From an uncultured bacterium (GTDB taxonomy: Bacteria > Eisenbacteria > RBG-16-71-46 > CAIMUX01), in the NCBI GenBank assembly GCA_964371055.1, contig CAYJLF010000016.1, positions 72,628 through 136,627 of the forward strand: a DNA stretch of 64,000 nucleotides. Direction: 5' to 3'. The translations under genes and the position numbers were made by a program. Shown here in pieces: positions 38,188 to 47,579 of the stretch; position 1 is the first letter of the stretch, and the number at the start of each line of letters is the position of its first letter. Below the pieces are notes generated by a model. The model did no database searches. It was not told where the DNA came from and saw nothing but the letters and a program-made list of their open reading frames with translations.

Positions 38188-41148
38188 ATGCTGCGACCGG
38201 TATCGATCGAGACCACGCGACGGGACCGGAGCGTCCGTCGCCGGCTGGCGGCTTCACTCGGGCTCGCGCTTGTCGTAGGCGCCATCCTCCTGGGATCGGT
38301 GTTCAGCAGCGCGGAGGCCGGAAGACTCCACCCGGCGGTCCAGGATCAGTTCGCCGACCTGGCCCCGACGGACGAGGCCACCGTCCTTCTGATCCTGACG
38401 GATCAGGCCGACATCAGCGCCCTCAACGGCGCGCTCAAGATGCAGCGAGCGACCCGGCAGGAACGGCATCGCCAGGTGATCGAGGAACTGCAGAAGGCGG
38501 CGGCGCGCTCGCAGGGGCCTCTGATTGATGAGTTGAACCGGCGGAGGGGGCTGGGGCAGATCTCCGGCTTCACGCCCTACTGGATCACGAACCTCATCGT
38601 CGTCCGAGGTCAGCGCGGCGCGATCGAGGAACTGGCGGCCCGACTCGACATCGACGTGGTCGAACCTGAAGTCCGCCCCGAATTGATCGAGCCGATCGGC
38701 GGCCTCCCGGCGCTCGGAGCGACCGAGAAGAACGAGCGCGCGGGCCTGACCCCCGGCGTCCGCGCCGTGCGCGCCAACGAGGTCTGGCACAACCTGGGGA
38801 TCGACGGCACCGGCGCCCTGGTCGCCGTGATCGACACCGGTGTCGACGGAAATCACCAGGCGCTTCGCTACAACTGGCGCGGCTACCAGGGCGCGCACCC
38901 CTGGCAGGAATGCTGGCTCGACGTCCTCGGGACCAACACGCAGTTTCCTAACGATGGCTATGGCCACGGCACGCACGTGATGGGGACGATCGCCGGGATG
39001 ACGGCGGCCGACTCGATCGGCGTCGCCTACGGCGCGCAGTGGATCGCCTGCAACGCCATCAACCAGGGCGTCGGCTCCGGCTTCGACCAGGACGTGATCG
39101 ACTGTTTCCAGTGGCTGGCCGATCCCGACGGGAATCCGAACACCGTCGATGACGTGCCGGACGTGGTGCAAAACTCCTGGCGGATCAACGAGGGCTTCGG
39201 CGGCGGCTACACCGATTGCGATACCCGCTGGTGGGCCGCGATCGACAACTGCGAGGCCTCCGGCGTGGTGGTGACCTTCTCCGCCGGCAACGAGGGGCCG
39301 GGCGCGCAGACGATCGGGTCGCCTTCGGACCGCGCCACCACCGCGTACAACGTCTTCTCCGTCGGAGCGGTCGACGCGACCAACTATCAGTTCCCCTACC
39401 CGATCGCCGGCTTCTCCAGCCGCGGCCCGACCGGGTGCAACGTTCCCGTGGAGCTGAAGATCAAGCCGGAGATCAGCGCGCCGGGCGTCGCGGTCTATTC
39501 CGCGTGGCCGGGTGGCGGATACACCAATCTCGACGGCACGTCGATGGCCGGCCCGCACGTGGCCGGCGTGGTGGGGCTGATGCGCGCGGCCAACCCCGAC
39601 GTCGATGTCGACACGATCAAGCAGATCCTCTTCGACACCGCGCGTGATGAGGGACCGGCCGGCGAAGACAACACCTACGGCTGGGGAATGATCGATGCCT
39701 ACGAGTCGGTCATCCGCGTCCTCACCGGCTATGGCACGCTGGCGGGTGAGGTGACCAACGCCAGCAACGGCGGTACGCCGATCGATGGCGCGACCGTGCG
39801 GCTGGTGGAGATCAACCGCAACTTCGTCAGCGACGCGGTCGGCCACTACTCCGGCATGGCGGCGGAGGGGACCTACACCGCCGAGGTGACCCACCCCTCC
39901 TTCGCCACGGTCAACCTCCCCGGAGTCAGCCTGCTGGCCGGCGAGACGACCACGCAGGACTTCGCCCTCAACGACACCGGCAGCCCGACCTTCGTCGATC
40001 TCGACTCCCCGGAGGCGGTGCAGGATCCGAACGCACCGATCCCGGTCTCGGTCCTGATCGAGGACTACAGCGCCATCGCGGCGGCCACCCTGACCTGGCG
40101 CGTGAACGGCGGCTCCTTCAGCGACGTGCCGATGGCGCTCCAGCCGTCCGGCCGGCACCTGGCCCTGATCCCGGGCCAGGCGGTCGGATCGAACATCGAG
40201 TTCTACCTCACGGCCGAAGACATCGAGGGGAATGACGGCATCGATCCGCCCGGAGCGCCGATCGACCTGCACCAGATCCTCGTGACCTTCGCCTTCTTCG
40301 TCGAGGACGGCGAGACCGAACAGGGCTGGACTCTCTCCGCGCCCGGCGACGCGGTCAACGGCCGTTGGGTGCGGATGGATCCGTACGGCACGCAGTCGGG
40401 CGGCATCCAGGTGGAGCCGGCGGACGATCACACGGCGGCGCCCGGCACGCAGTGCTTCGTCACCGGAGCGGGTACGCCCGGGGGACCCGCGAGCGGATCC
40501 GACGTCGACGGCGGGTGCGTGACTCTCCTCTCGCCGGTGATCGACCTCGCGACCGCCGAGGAGGCGATCGTCCGTTACTGGCGGTGGTTCATCAACACCG
40601 GCGGCATGGGCGGTTACATGCTCGCTTATGTCAGCAACAACAACGGCAACTCCTGGGTCATCCTCGAGCAGCTCCCGGGCGGCCTGGCCAACCAGTGGAC
40701 GCAGCGGAGCTACAACCTCGCCGACCTCCTTCCGCTGACCGACCGGATGCGGTTCCGCTTCCTGGTCTGTGACAACGGGGAGGAGTCACTGGTCGAGGCG
40801 GCGATCGATGACTTCATCATCGAAGGGATCCCCGGCGTGACCGCGATCGAAGGGACGCTCGCGGAGGGCGGCTCCACGCGATTGATGCCGAATCGTCCGA
40901 ACCCGTTCTCACGGGAGACCTCGATCCGATTCCACCTCGCCGAGTCCGGTCCGGCCGACCTGGTGGTCTACGATCCCGCCGGACGCCGCGTCCGCGCACT
41001 GGTTTCGGGTCCTCAGGGTGCCGGCGAGCACGCCGTCACCTGGGACGGGCGGGACGACCAGGGGCACGTGGTCAGCGCCGGCGTCTACTTTTACGAGCTG
41101 CGCGCGTCCGGAGTCGAGACGCAGAGGAAGATGCTGCTGCTGAGGTGA
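38188..41148 (+). CDS. Secreted S8 subtilase, paralog 1 (FlgD-Ig CTD)
   Basis: Catalytic motifs 'IDTGVD', 'HGTHVMG' and 'GTSMAGPHV', oxyanion 'FSAGNEG'. CTD 'PNRPNPF...RKMLLLR'. RBS GGGAGG. Confidence 0.93.
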   Translation: MLRPVSIETTRRDRSVRRRLAASLGLALVVGAILLGSVFSSAEAGRLHPAVQDQFADLAPTDEATVLLILTDQADISALNGALKMQRATRQERHRQVIEELQKAAARSQGPLIDELNRRRGLGQISGFTPYWITNLIVVRGQRGAIEELAARLDIDVVEPEVRPELIEPIGGLPALGATEKNERAGLTPGVRAVRANEVWHNLGIDGTGALVAVIDTGVDGNHQALRYNWRGYQGAHPWQECWLDVLGTNTQFPNDGYGHGTHVMGTIAGMTAADSIGVAYGAQWIACNAINQGVGSGFDQDVIDCFQWLADPDGNPNTVDDVPDVVQNSWRINEGFGGGYTDCDTRWWAAIDNCEASGVVVTFSAGNEGPGAQTIGSPSDRATTAYNVFSVGAVDATNYQFPYPIAGFSSRGPTGCNVPVELKIKPEISAPGVAVYSAWPGGGYTNLDGTSMAGPHVAGVVGLMRAANPDVDVDTIKQILFDTARDEGPAGEDNTYGWGMIDAYESVIRVLTGYGTLAGEVTNASNGGTPIDGATVRLVEINRNFVSDAVGHYSGMAAEGTYTAEVTHPSFATVNLPGVSLLAGETTTQDFALNDTGSPTFVDLDSPEAVQDPNAPIPVSVLIEDYSAIAAATLTWRVNGGSFSDVPMALQPSGRHLALIPGQAVGSNIEFYLTAEDIEGNDGIDPPGAPIDLHQILVTFAFFVEDGETEQGWTLSAPGDAVNGRWVRMDPYGTQSGGIQVEPADDHTAAPGTQCFVTGAGTPGGPASGSDVDGGCVTLLSPVIDLATAEEAIVRYWRWFINTGGMGGYMLAYVSNNNGNSWVILEQLPGGLANQWTQRSYNLADLLPLTDRMRFRFLVCDNGEESLVEAAIDDFIIEGIPGVTAIEGTLAEGGSTRLMPNRPNPFSRETSIRFHLAESGPADLVVYDPAGRRVRALVSGPQGAGEHAVTWDGRDDQGHVVSAGVYFYELRASGVETQRKMLLLR

Positions 41149-41230
41149 TCGCACCGTTTCCGTCCTCCTCTCTCGAGCCGGAAGTCTGACGACCGGAGAG
41201 CGACGGAGACAGCGGTCGGCGGCATCGGAA

Positions 41231-41266
41231 GGGCGGAGAGTCGTAAGACTCTCCGCCCGGTTTTTT
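41231..41266 (+). terminator. Rho-independent terminator after subtilase 1
   Basis: Perfect 12-bp stem GGGCGGAGAGTC-GTAA-GACTCTCCGCCC followed by GGTTTTTT. Confidence 0.85.
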
Positions 41267-41491
41267 CCCCGGCCACGGGAAGGGCGATCCGTGCCTGCGG
41301 ATACGCCACCGCCCCTCCCTGCTGAACACGCCCGTATCATCCCGAGCCCCAATGCGGTATCATTTTACGCGGACTGTGCAGTCCCCGGCTTCGCCGGATC
41401 GGTTCCCGCAGCGCCGCCTCCGGGCGCCCGCCGCCCTCGGGACCGCGCCCCGCAGCCAGGGGCGCCGAACTTCCGCCAGGAGGAGACACCA

Positions 41492-44440
41492 ATGTCGCGT
41501 CACCCATCGCGCCCCTCGTTCCGGGCCCTCTCGCCCCCCACCCTGGCAGCGCTCCTCTTCGCCTCCGCGCTGGCGGCCCTCCCGCCGGCTTCCCTGGCCG
41601 GCACGCTGCACCCGGCCGCGGCCGAGGAATTGAACCGCCTGAGACCGGCCGATGAGGCCACCGTGCTCCTGATCCTCGACGACCAGGCCCCGATTCCGGC
41701 CCTGAACGACGCGTTGAAGCGGGAGAGAACGGGGCTGGCGGAGCGCCACCGGCGGGTGCTGCTCGAACTGCAGCAGGCGGCCTCGCGCTCGCAAGGGCCG
41801 CTGCTGCAGGAGTTGGAGCGGCTCCGCGCCCGCGGAATGGTCTCCCGTTACCGGTCGTACTGGATCAGCAACCTGGTCCGGGTGAGGGGACAGCGTGCCG
41901 CGATCGAAGCACTCGTCTCGCGCGCCGACATCGCCGTGGTCGAACGGGCTGTCCGGCCGCAACTCATCGCTCCGGTCGGGGAACGTCCGGTCATCGGTGC
42001 AGGAAAGGGCCGGGGCGAAGCGACCCCCGGCCTGCGCGCGATCCGAGCGCCCGAGGTCTGGCGCGACTTCGGTCTGAACGGCGCGGGGGTACTCGTCGCC
42101 AACATGGACACCGGGGTCGATGGAACCCACCCGGCGCTGGCCGACCGCTGGCGGGGGCGGAACGGGCAGCATCCCTGGCCGGAGTGCTGGCTGGATGTCG
42201 TGGGCACCAACACCGAGTTCCCGACCGACGCCGGATCGCACGGCACGCACGTGATGGGGACGATCTGCGGCCTGGATGCCGGCACAGAGGACTCGATCGG
42301 CGTCGCCTGGGGAGCCGAGTGGATCGCCTGCAACGCGATCGGACAGAATTCGAACCCCGACTTCGACGGAGATGTCATCGCCTGCTTCGAGTGGCTGGCC
42401 GACCCCGACGGCAATCCGAACACGATCGACGACGTGCCGGCGGTGGTGCAGAACTCCTGGCGCGTCCACGAGGGATTCTCCGGCTACACCGACTGCGACA
42501 GCCGCTGGTGGGAGGCGATCGACAACTGCGAAGCGGCCGGTGTCGTCGTGACCTTCTCCGCCGGGAACGAGGGGCCGAACCCGTCGACGATCGGTTCGCC
42601 CCCGGACCGCGCCCTCACGCCGTACAACGCCTTCTCGATCGGCGCAGTCGATGCCACCCACTACGAGTTCCCCTACCCGATCGCGTCCTTCTCCAGCCGC
42701 GGTCCGACTGGCTGCGACGTGATTCCCTCCCTTAAGATCAAGCCGGAGGTCTCGGCCCCGGGCGTGACCGTCTGGTCCTCGATCCCCGACAGCGGCTACA
42801 CCAACATGGACGGAACTTCGATGGCCGGCCCGCATGTGGCCGGAGCGGTCGCCCTGATTCGCGCCGCCAATCCTGACCTGGATGTCGACAGCATCAAGCA
42901 GATCCTGATGGAGACCGCTCGCGATCTCGGCGACCCCGGCGAGGACAACACGTTCGGCTGGGGCGTGATCGACGTCTACGCGGCGGTCAGCTACGCCCTC
43001 TCCGATCTCGGTCGCATCGAGGGCTCGGCCACCAACGGCAGTAACGGCGGGAGCCCGGTCCATCTCGCGCAGGTCCGGCTGGCGGAGATCGGCCGCGATC
43101 TCTACACCAACCAGGCGGGGTTCTACACCGGCGTCGCCGCGCCGGGGACCTACACGCTGGAGGTGACTCATCCCTCCTTCGCCTCGGTGGTCCTTCCGGG
43201 TGTGACCCTCGTCAACCAGCAGACCACGGTACAGGATGTTGTCCTGACCGACATCCTCGGTCCGCAGTTCCTTGACCTGCAATTCCCGGAGACCTGGCAG
43301 GATCCCGACCACCCCGTGGCGGTCTCGACACGCATCTACGAAGAGAGTTCGCTCGATCTCGCCGAAGTGCACTGGCGCGTCGACGGTGGGCCCTTCCAGA
43401 CCGTACCCCTCATCGCGCAACCGACCGGCCGCCACGAGGGCCTCATCCCGGGGCAGCCGGTCGGCTCGCTGATCGAGTTCTACCTCCGCGGAGTCGACCG
43501 TGTCGCCAACGAGGGGATCGACCCGCCCGGCGCCCCGGCCGACCTCTATGCGATCCGCATGACCCGGGCCTACTTTGTCGACGACGCCGAGGAAGACCGC
43601 GGGTGGGTTCTCTCCGCGTCGGGCGATGCCGTCAACGGGCGCTGGGTCCGGATGGACCCCTACGGCACGATGCATCTCTCCACGCCGGTCGAGCCGGCCG
43701 ATGACCACACTCCCGACCCGGGGGTGAATTGCTTCGTCACCGGCGCCGGAATGCCGGACGGACCTGCATCCGGGTCCGACGTCGACGCCGGCTGCGTCAC
43801 ACTTCTCTCGCCGGTGATCGATCTCGCCGGCGCGCAGGAAGCGGTCCTCTCCTACTGGCGGTGGTTTGCCAACGTCAATGGACCCGGCGGCAGCTTCACC
43901 GTCACCGCCAGCCACGACAATGGCACGACCTGGGTCCAGGTCGAGCAGCTCCTCAATCTGAGTGCGAACCAGTGGACGTTCCGGAGCTTCGACCTCGGAA
44001 CGCTGCTCCCGCTGACCAGCCAGCTGCGCGTCCGTTTCGTCGCGTGTGATACCGGCATCGAGTCCCTGGTCGAGGCCGCGGTCGACGACTTTCTGGTCGA
44101 GGGGATGCCGGTCCCGGCCGCGGTCCCGGGTGACGACGACTCGAACGGCTCGTCGATGCTCCCGGCGACGGCCCTCCGCCCGGGACGGCCCAGTCCTTTC
44201 GAAAGGGAGACTCTGATCTCCTACCGCCTCGGCGTGGCGGGTCCCGTGCGGCTGACGGTCTATGATCCGTCGGGACGCTCGGTCCGCACGCTGGTGCGCG
44301 GCGATCAGGCCGCGGGCGAGCAGGTGGCCCGCTGGGACGGTCGGGATGACTCCGGACGTGAGCTCGGGGCTGGAGTCTATTTCTACGAGTTGCGCGCGGC
44401 CGACCAGGCCGCGCAGCGGAAGATTCTGCTGCTGCGCTGA
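41492..44440 (+). CDS. Secreted S8 subtilase, paralog 2 (FlgD-Ig CTD)
   Basis: 'MDTGVD', 'HGTHVMG', 'FSAGNEG', 'GTSMAGPHV'. RBS AGGAGG. Ends RKILLLR. Confidence 0.93.
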   Translation: MSRHPSRPSFRALSPPTLAALLFASALAALPPASLAGTLHPAAAEELNRLRPADEATVLLILDDQAPIPALNDALKRERTGLAERHRRVLLELQQAASRSQGPLLQELERLRARGMVSRYRSYWISNLVRVRGQRAAIEALVSRADIAVVERAVRPQLIAPVGERPVIGAGKGRGEATPGLRAIRAPEVWRDFGLNGAGVLVANMDTGVDGTHPALADRWRGRNGQHPWPECWLDVVGTNTEFPTDAGSHGTHVMGTICGLDAGTEDSIGVAWGAEWIACNAIGQNSNPDFDGDVIACFEWLADPDGNPNTIDDVPAVVQNSWRVHEGFSGYTDCDSRWWEAIDNCEAAGVVVTFSAGNEGPNPSTIGSPPDRALTPYNAFSIGAVDATHYEFPYPIASFSSRGPTGCDVIPSLKIKPEVSAPGVTVWSSIPDSGYTNMDGTSMAGPHVAGAVALIRAANPDLDVDSIKQILMETARDLGDPGEDNTFGWGVIDVYAAVSYALSDLGRIEGSATNGSNGGSPVHLAQVRLAEIGRDLYTNQAGFYTGVAAPGTYTLEVTHPSFASVVLPGVTLVNQQTTVQDVVLTDILGPQFLDLQFPETWQDPDHPVAVSTRIYEESSLDLAEVHWRVDGGPFQTVPLIAQPTGRHEGLIPGQPVGSLIEFYLRGVDRVANEGIDPPGAPADLYAIRMTRAYFVDDAEEDRGWVLSASGDAVNGRWVRMDPYGTMHLSTPVEPADDHTPDPGVNCFVTGAGMPDGPASGSDVDAGCVTLLSPVIDLAGAQEAVLSYWRWFANVNGPGGSFTVTASHDNGTTWVQVEQLLNLSANQWTFRSFDLGTLLPLTSQLRVRFVACDTGIESLVEAAVDDFLVEGMPVPAAVPGDDDSNGSSMLPATALRPGRPSPFERETLISYRLGVAGPVRLTVYDPSGRSVRTLVRGDQAAGEQVARWDGRDDSGRELGAGVYFYELRAADQAAQRKILLLR

Positions 44441-44499
44441 GCGCCGGGCGCGCGGCCCGCGGAATCGATCGGATCGTTGGCTCGCAGATTCACGGGAGG

Positions 44500-47493
44500 A
44501 TGACATCGATGCAGATTCACCGAATTGGTAGACCCGGAGCCGGAATCGCCGCGGCGCTGCTCGCTCTGACCGCCTGCCTGGCACCCGGTTTCGTCCCGGC
44601 CTCCCGGGCCGGGGACCTCCATCCGGAGGTCGCGGCCCAGATGGACCGGCTCGCCCCCGGCGAGTCGATGACCGCACTCGTCGTGCTGGAGACGCAGGCT
44701 CGTATCCCGGCGATCGATCACGCCCTCAAGGTTGAACGCGCCGGGCGGGCCGAGCGCCACCGCCGGGTGATCGATGCGCTGCGGCGCACCGCCCGGGTCA
44801 CGCAGGCTCCACTCCTCGACGAACTCGAGTCGTTGCGCGCGCGAGGTGAAGTGCAGGCCTGGACGCCCTATTGGATCGCGAACATCATCCGGGTCACCGG
44901 CACGCGCGACGCGATCAGCCGGCTGGCCGCCCGAGCCGACGTCGCGGTCGTCGAGCCACGCGAGCGCGTTCGACTGATCGATCCGGTCTGGAGCGAGACA
45001 GCGCCTGCCCCGATCCCGGGAGCGGACCGCGACGGCACACGCCCCTCCCGAACCGGCAGCCGGGGAATCGGCGTCACTCCCGGCCTGCGCGCCATCGGGG
45101 CCGACCGCGTCTGGTCCGAGCTCGGCATCAATGGCCAGGGAGCGCTGATCGGCGGCCTCGACACCGGCGTCGACGGCAACCATCCCGCCCTCGGCAGTCG
45201 CTGGCGCGGCAACAACGGCCACGACTGGCAGGCCTGCTGGCTCGACGTGCTGGGAACCAACACCCAGTACCCGACCGACACCGGCAGCCACGGCACGCAC
45301 ACGATGGGGACGATGACCGGCCTCGGTGCGGCGACCGGGGATACGATCGGCGTCGCCTGGGGCGCCCAGTGGATCGCTGCCAACGCGATCGGCCAGGGTG
45401 CGAACGCGGACTTCGATACGGACATCATCGCCTGCTATCAGTGGTTCGCCGACCCGGACGGTGACCTCGGAACCATCGACGACGTCCCCGACGTCGTGCA
45501 GAACTCCTGGGGAGTCTACGAAGGGCTCGACAGCGCCTACGTGGACTGCTTCGATCTCTGGTGGACCGCGATCGACAATTGCGAGGCGGCCGGCGTGGCG
45601 ATCATCTTCTCCGCCGGCAACGAAGGCCCGAACCCCGGCACCCTGCGCTCGCCTTCCGATCGCGCGACGACTCCGTACAACGTCTTCAGCGTCGGCGCGG
45701 TCGACGCGACGAACTACGCCTTTCCCTATCCGATCGAGGATTTCTCCAGTCGCGGGCCGACGCTCTGTCCGGTCTCTTTCGAGCTCTTGACCAAGCCGGA
45801 GGTTTCCGCGCCGGGCGACTCGGTCTACTCCTGCACCCCGAACGGGCTCTACGGACTGAACAGCGGAACGTCCATGGCCGGACCGCACGTCTCCGGCGTG
45901 GTCACCCTGATGCGTGCGGCCAATCCGGACATCGACGTCGATACGATCAAGGAGATCCTGCTCCAGACGTCACGCGACGAAGGGGCGCCCGGCGAGGATA
46001 ACGACTACGGCTGGGGCTGCATCGATGCCTACGAGGCGGTGCTGCTCTGCCTGGGCGGCGGCTACGGCAGCGTGGCGGGGACCGTGATCAACAACGACGG
46101 CGGCGGCATCCCGGTGCCCTTCGCGCGCATCCACCTGTTGGAGAACAATCGCGCGTTCACCGCGGATATCGACGGGCAGTACTGGGGCCTGACGATGCCG
46201 GGCACCTACACCCTGGAGGCCTCCCACCCGTCCTTCGCCGCGGTCATGCAGCCGGGAGTCGAGGTGCTCGCCGACCAGACCACTGTGACCGACTTCGGCC
46301 TCGAGGATGTCGCGGCACCGGTGCTCACCGACCGCTGGCATCCGCAGTGGATCGAGAACCCGGCGCTGCCGGTCCCGGTCCGGGTCGACCTGACCGACTT
46401 CAGCCCGGTCCCGACCCTGGAGATCCGGTGGCGCGTCGACGTCGGATCGTGGTCCGCCGCCACGATGAACTCGATCGGAAACGGACGCTACGAGGGCTTC
46501 ATCCCGGGACAGCCGGTCGGCTCCCGTATCGACTACTACCTCCGCGCCGTCGACGCCGCCGGCAACCAGGCGCTGGACCCACCGAACGCGCCGGCCTCGT
46601 GGTATGAAATCCCGGTCCAGCCGATCTTCTTCGCCGATGACGCGGAGACCGACCAGGGCTGGGTCCTCGTGCAGTCGGGCGACGCGACGAACGGACGTTG
46701 GGTGCGGCACGATCCCTATGGAACCCTCTGGCAGGGCATGTGGATCGAACCGGCGGACGATCACACGGCGGAAACCGGGACGGCCTGTTTCGTCACCGGC
46801 GCCGGTTCGCCCAACGGCACCGCCGGCCAGTCGGATGTCGACAACGGCTGCGTCACGCTGACCAGTCCGACCATCGACCTCTCCTCCGCCCTCGACCCGA
46901 TCCTGACCTACTGGCGGTGGTTCGCCCTGGGAGGCCCGCAGAGCGGTTCGTTCGAGGCGAAGATCAGCAACAACAACGGCACGAGCTGGACGACGCTCGA
47001 GACGCTGAGCGCCATGGCGAATGAGTGGACCATCGCCTCATTCGACGTGGAGGCCATCCTCCCTTTGACATCGCAGATGAAGCTGCGCTTCATCGCCTGC
47101 GATACCGCCACCGAATCGCTGGTCGAAGCGGCCGTCGATGACATCGCGTTCCGCAGCCCCGTGACGCCGGCGGCCGGCCTCGACGACGGGTCCGGCCCGG
47201 CCGTCGCGGCCGGGGAGACCCGCCTCCTGGCGAATCGCCCGAACCCGTTCGCGCGCGAGACCGAGCTTCGCTTCCGGATCGGCCTCCCCGGAGAGGTGAG
47301 CCTCGTCGTCTACGACTGCGCGGGGAGAAAGGTACGGACACTCATCAACGGTCGTCTCGACGCGGGAGAACACGCCGTGCGCTGGGACGGTCGCGACGAT
47401 GGCGGGCGACCGGCGGCCAGCGGCGTCTACTTCCATGAGCTGCGTTCGGGAGAGAGCGTGTCCGAGCGGAAGCTGCTGCTCCTGCGCGACTGA
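44500..47493 (+). CDS. Secreted S8 subtilase, paralog 3 (FlgD-Ig CTD)
   Basis: 'LDTGVD', 'HGTHTMG', 'FSAGNEG', 'GTSMAGPHV'. Ends RKLLLLRD. Start 44500 or 44509. Confidence 0.93.
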   Translation: MTSMQIHRIGRPGAGIAAALLALTACLAPGFVPASRAGDLHPEVAAQMDRLAPGESMTALVVLETQARIPAIDHALKVERAGRAERHRRVIDALRRTARVTQAPLLDELESLRARGEVQAWTPYWIANIIRVTGTRDAISRLAARADVAVVEPRERVRLIDPVWSETAPAPIPGADRDGTRPSRTGSRGIGVTPGLRAIGADRVWSELGINGQGALIGGLDTGVDGNHPALGSRWRGNNGHDWQACWLDVLGTNTQYPTDTGSHGTHTMGTMTGLGAATGDTIGVAWGAQWIAANAIGQGANADFDTDIIACYQWFADPDGDLGTIDDVPDVVQNSWGVYEGLDSAYVDCFDLWWTAIDNCEAAGVAIIFSAGNEGPNPGTLRSPSDRATTPYNVFSVGAVDATNYAFPYPIEDFSSRGPTLCPVSFELLTKPEVSAPGDSVYSCTPNGLYGLNSGTSMAGPHVSGVVTLMRAANPDIDVDTIKEILLQTSRDEGAPGEDNDYGWGCIDAYEAVLLCLGGGYGSVAGTVINNDGGGIPVPFARIHLLENNRAFTADIDGQYWGLTMPGTYTLEASHPSFAAVMQPGVEVLADQTTVTDFGLEDVAAPVLTDRWHPQWIENPALPVPVRVDLTDFSPVPTLEIRWRVDVGSWSAATMNSIGNGRYEGFIPGQPVGSRIDYYLRAVDAAGNQALDPPNAPASWYEIPVQPIFFADDAETDQGWVLVQSGDATNGRWVRHDPYGTLWQGMWIEPADDHTAETGTACFVTGAGSPNGTAGQSDVDNGCVTLTSPTIDLSSALDPILTYWRWFALGGPQSGSFEAKISNNNGTSWTTLETLSAMANEWTIASFDVEAILPLTSQMKLRFIACDTATESLVEAAVDDIAFRSPVTPAAGLDDGSGPAVAAGETRLLANRPNPFARETELRFRIGLPGEVSLVVYDCAGRKVRTLINGRLDAGEHAVRWDGRDDGGRPAASGVYFHELRSGESVSERKLLLLRD

Positions 47494-47522
47494 CCCGCGT
47501 CCTCTCCCGGGATCGAGGGAAC

Positions 47523-47551
47523 GGGCCGGCCGGAGAGAATCCGGTCGGCCC
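47523..47551. terminator. GC-rich hairpin between convergent subtilase 3 and uup
   Basis: GGGCCGGCCGGA-GAGAA-TCCGGTCGGCCC stem (one G-U pair). No clear U-tract. Confidence 0.45.
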
Positions 47552-47579
47552 TGACCCGTCGCGGCGTCGTCGATCCCGG

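Noticed and set aside
38254-47144. Long minus-strand ORFs (725 aa, 1105 aa, 501 aa) over the subtilases
   Set aside because: Antisense shadows of the strongly supported S8 genes.
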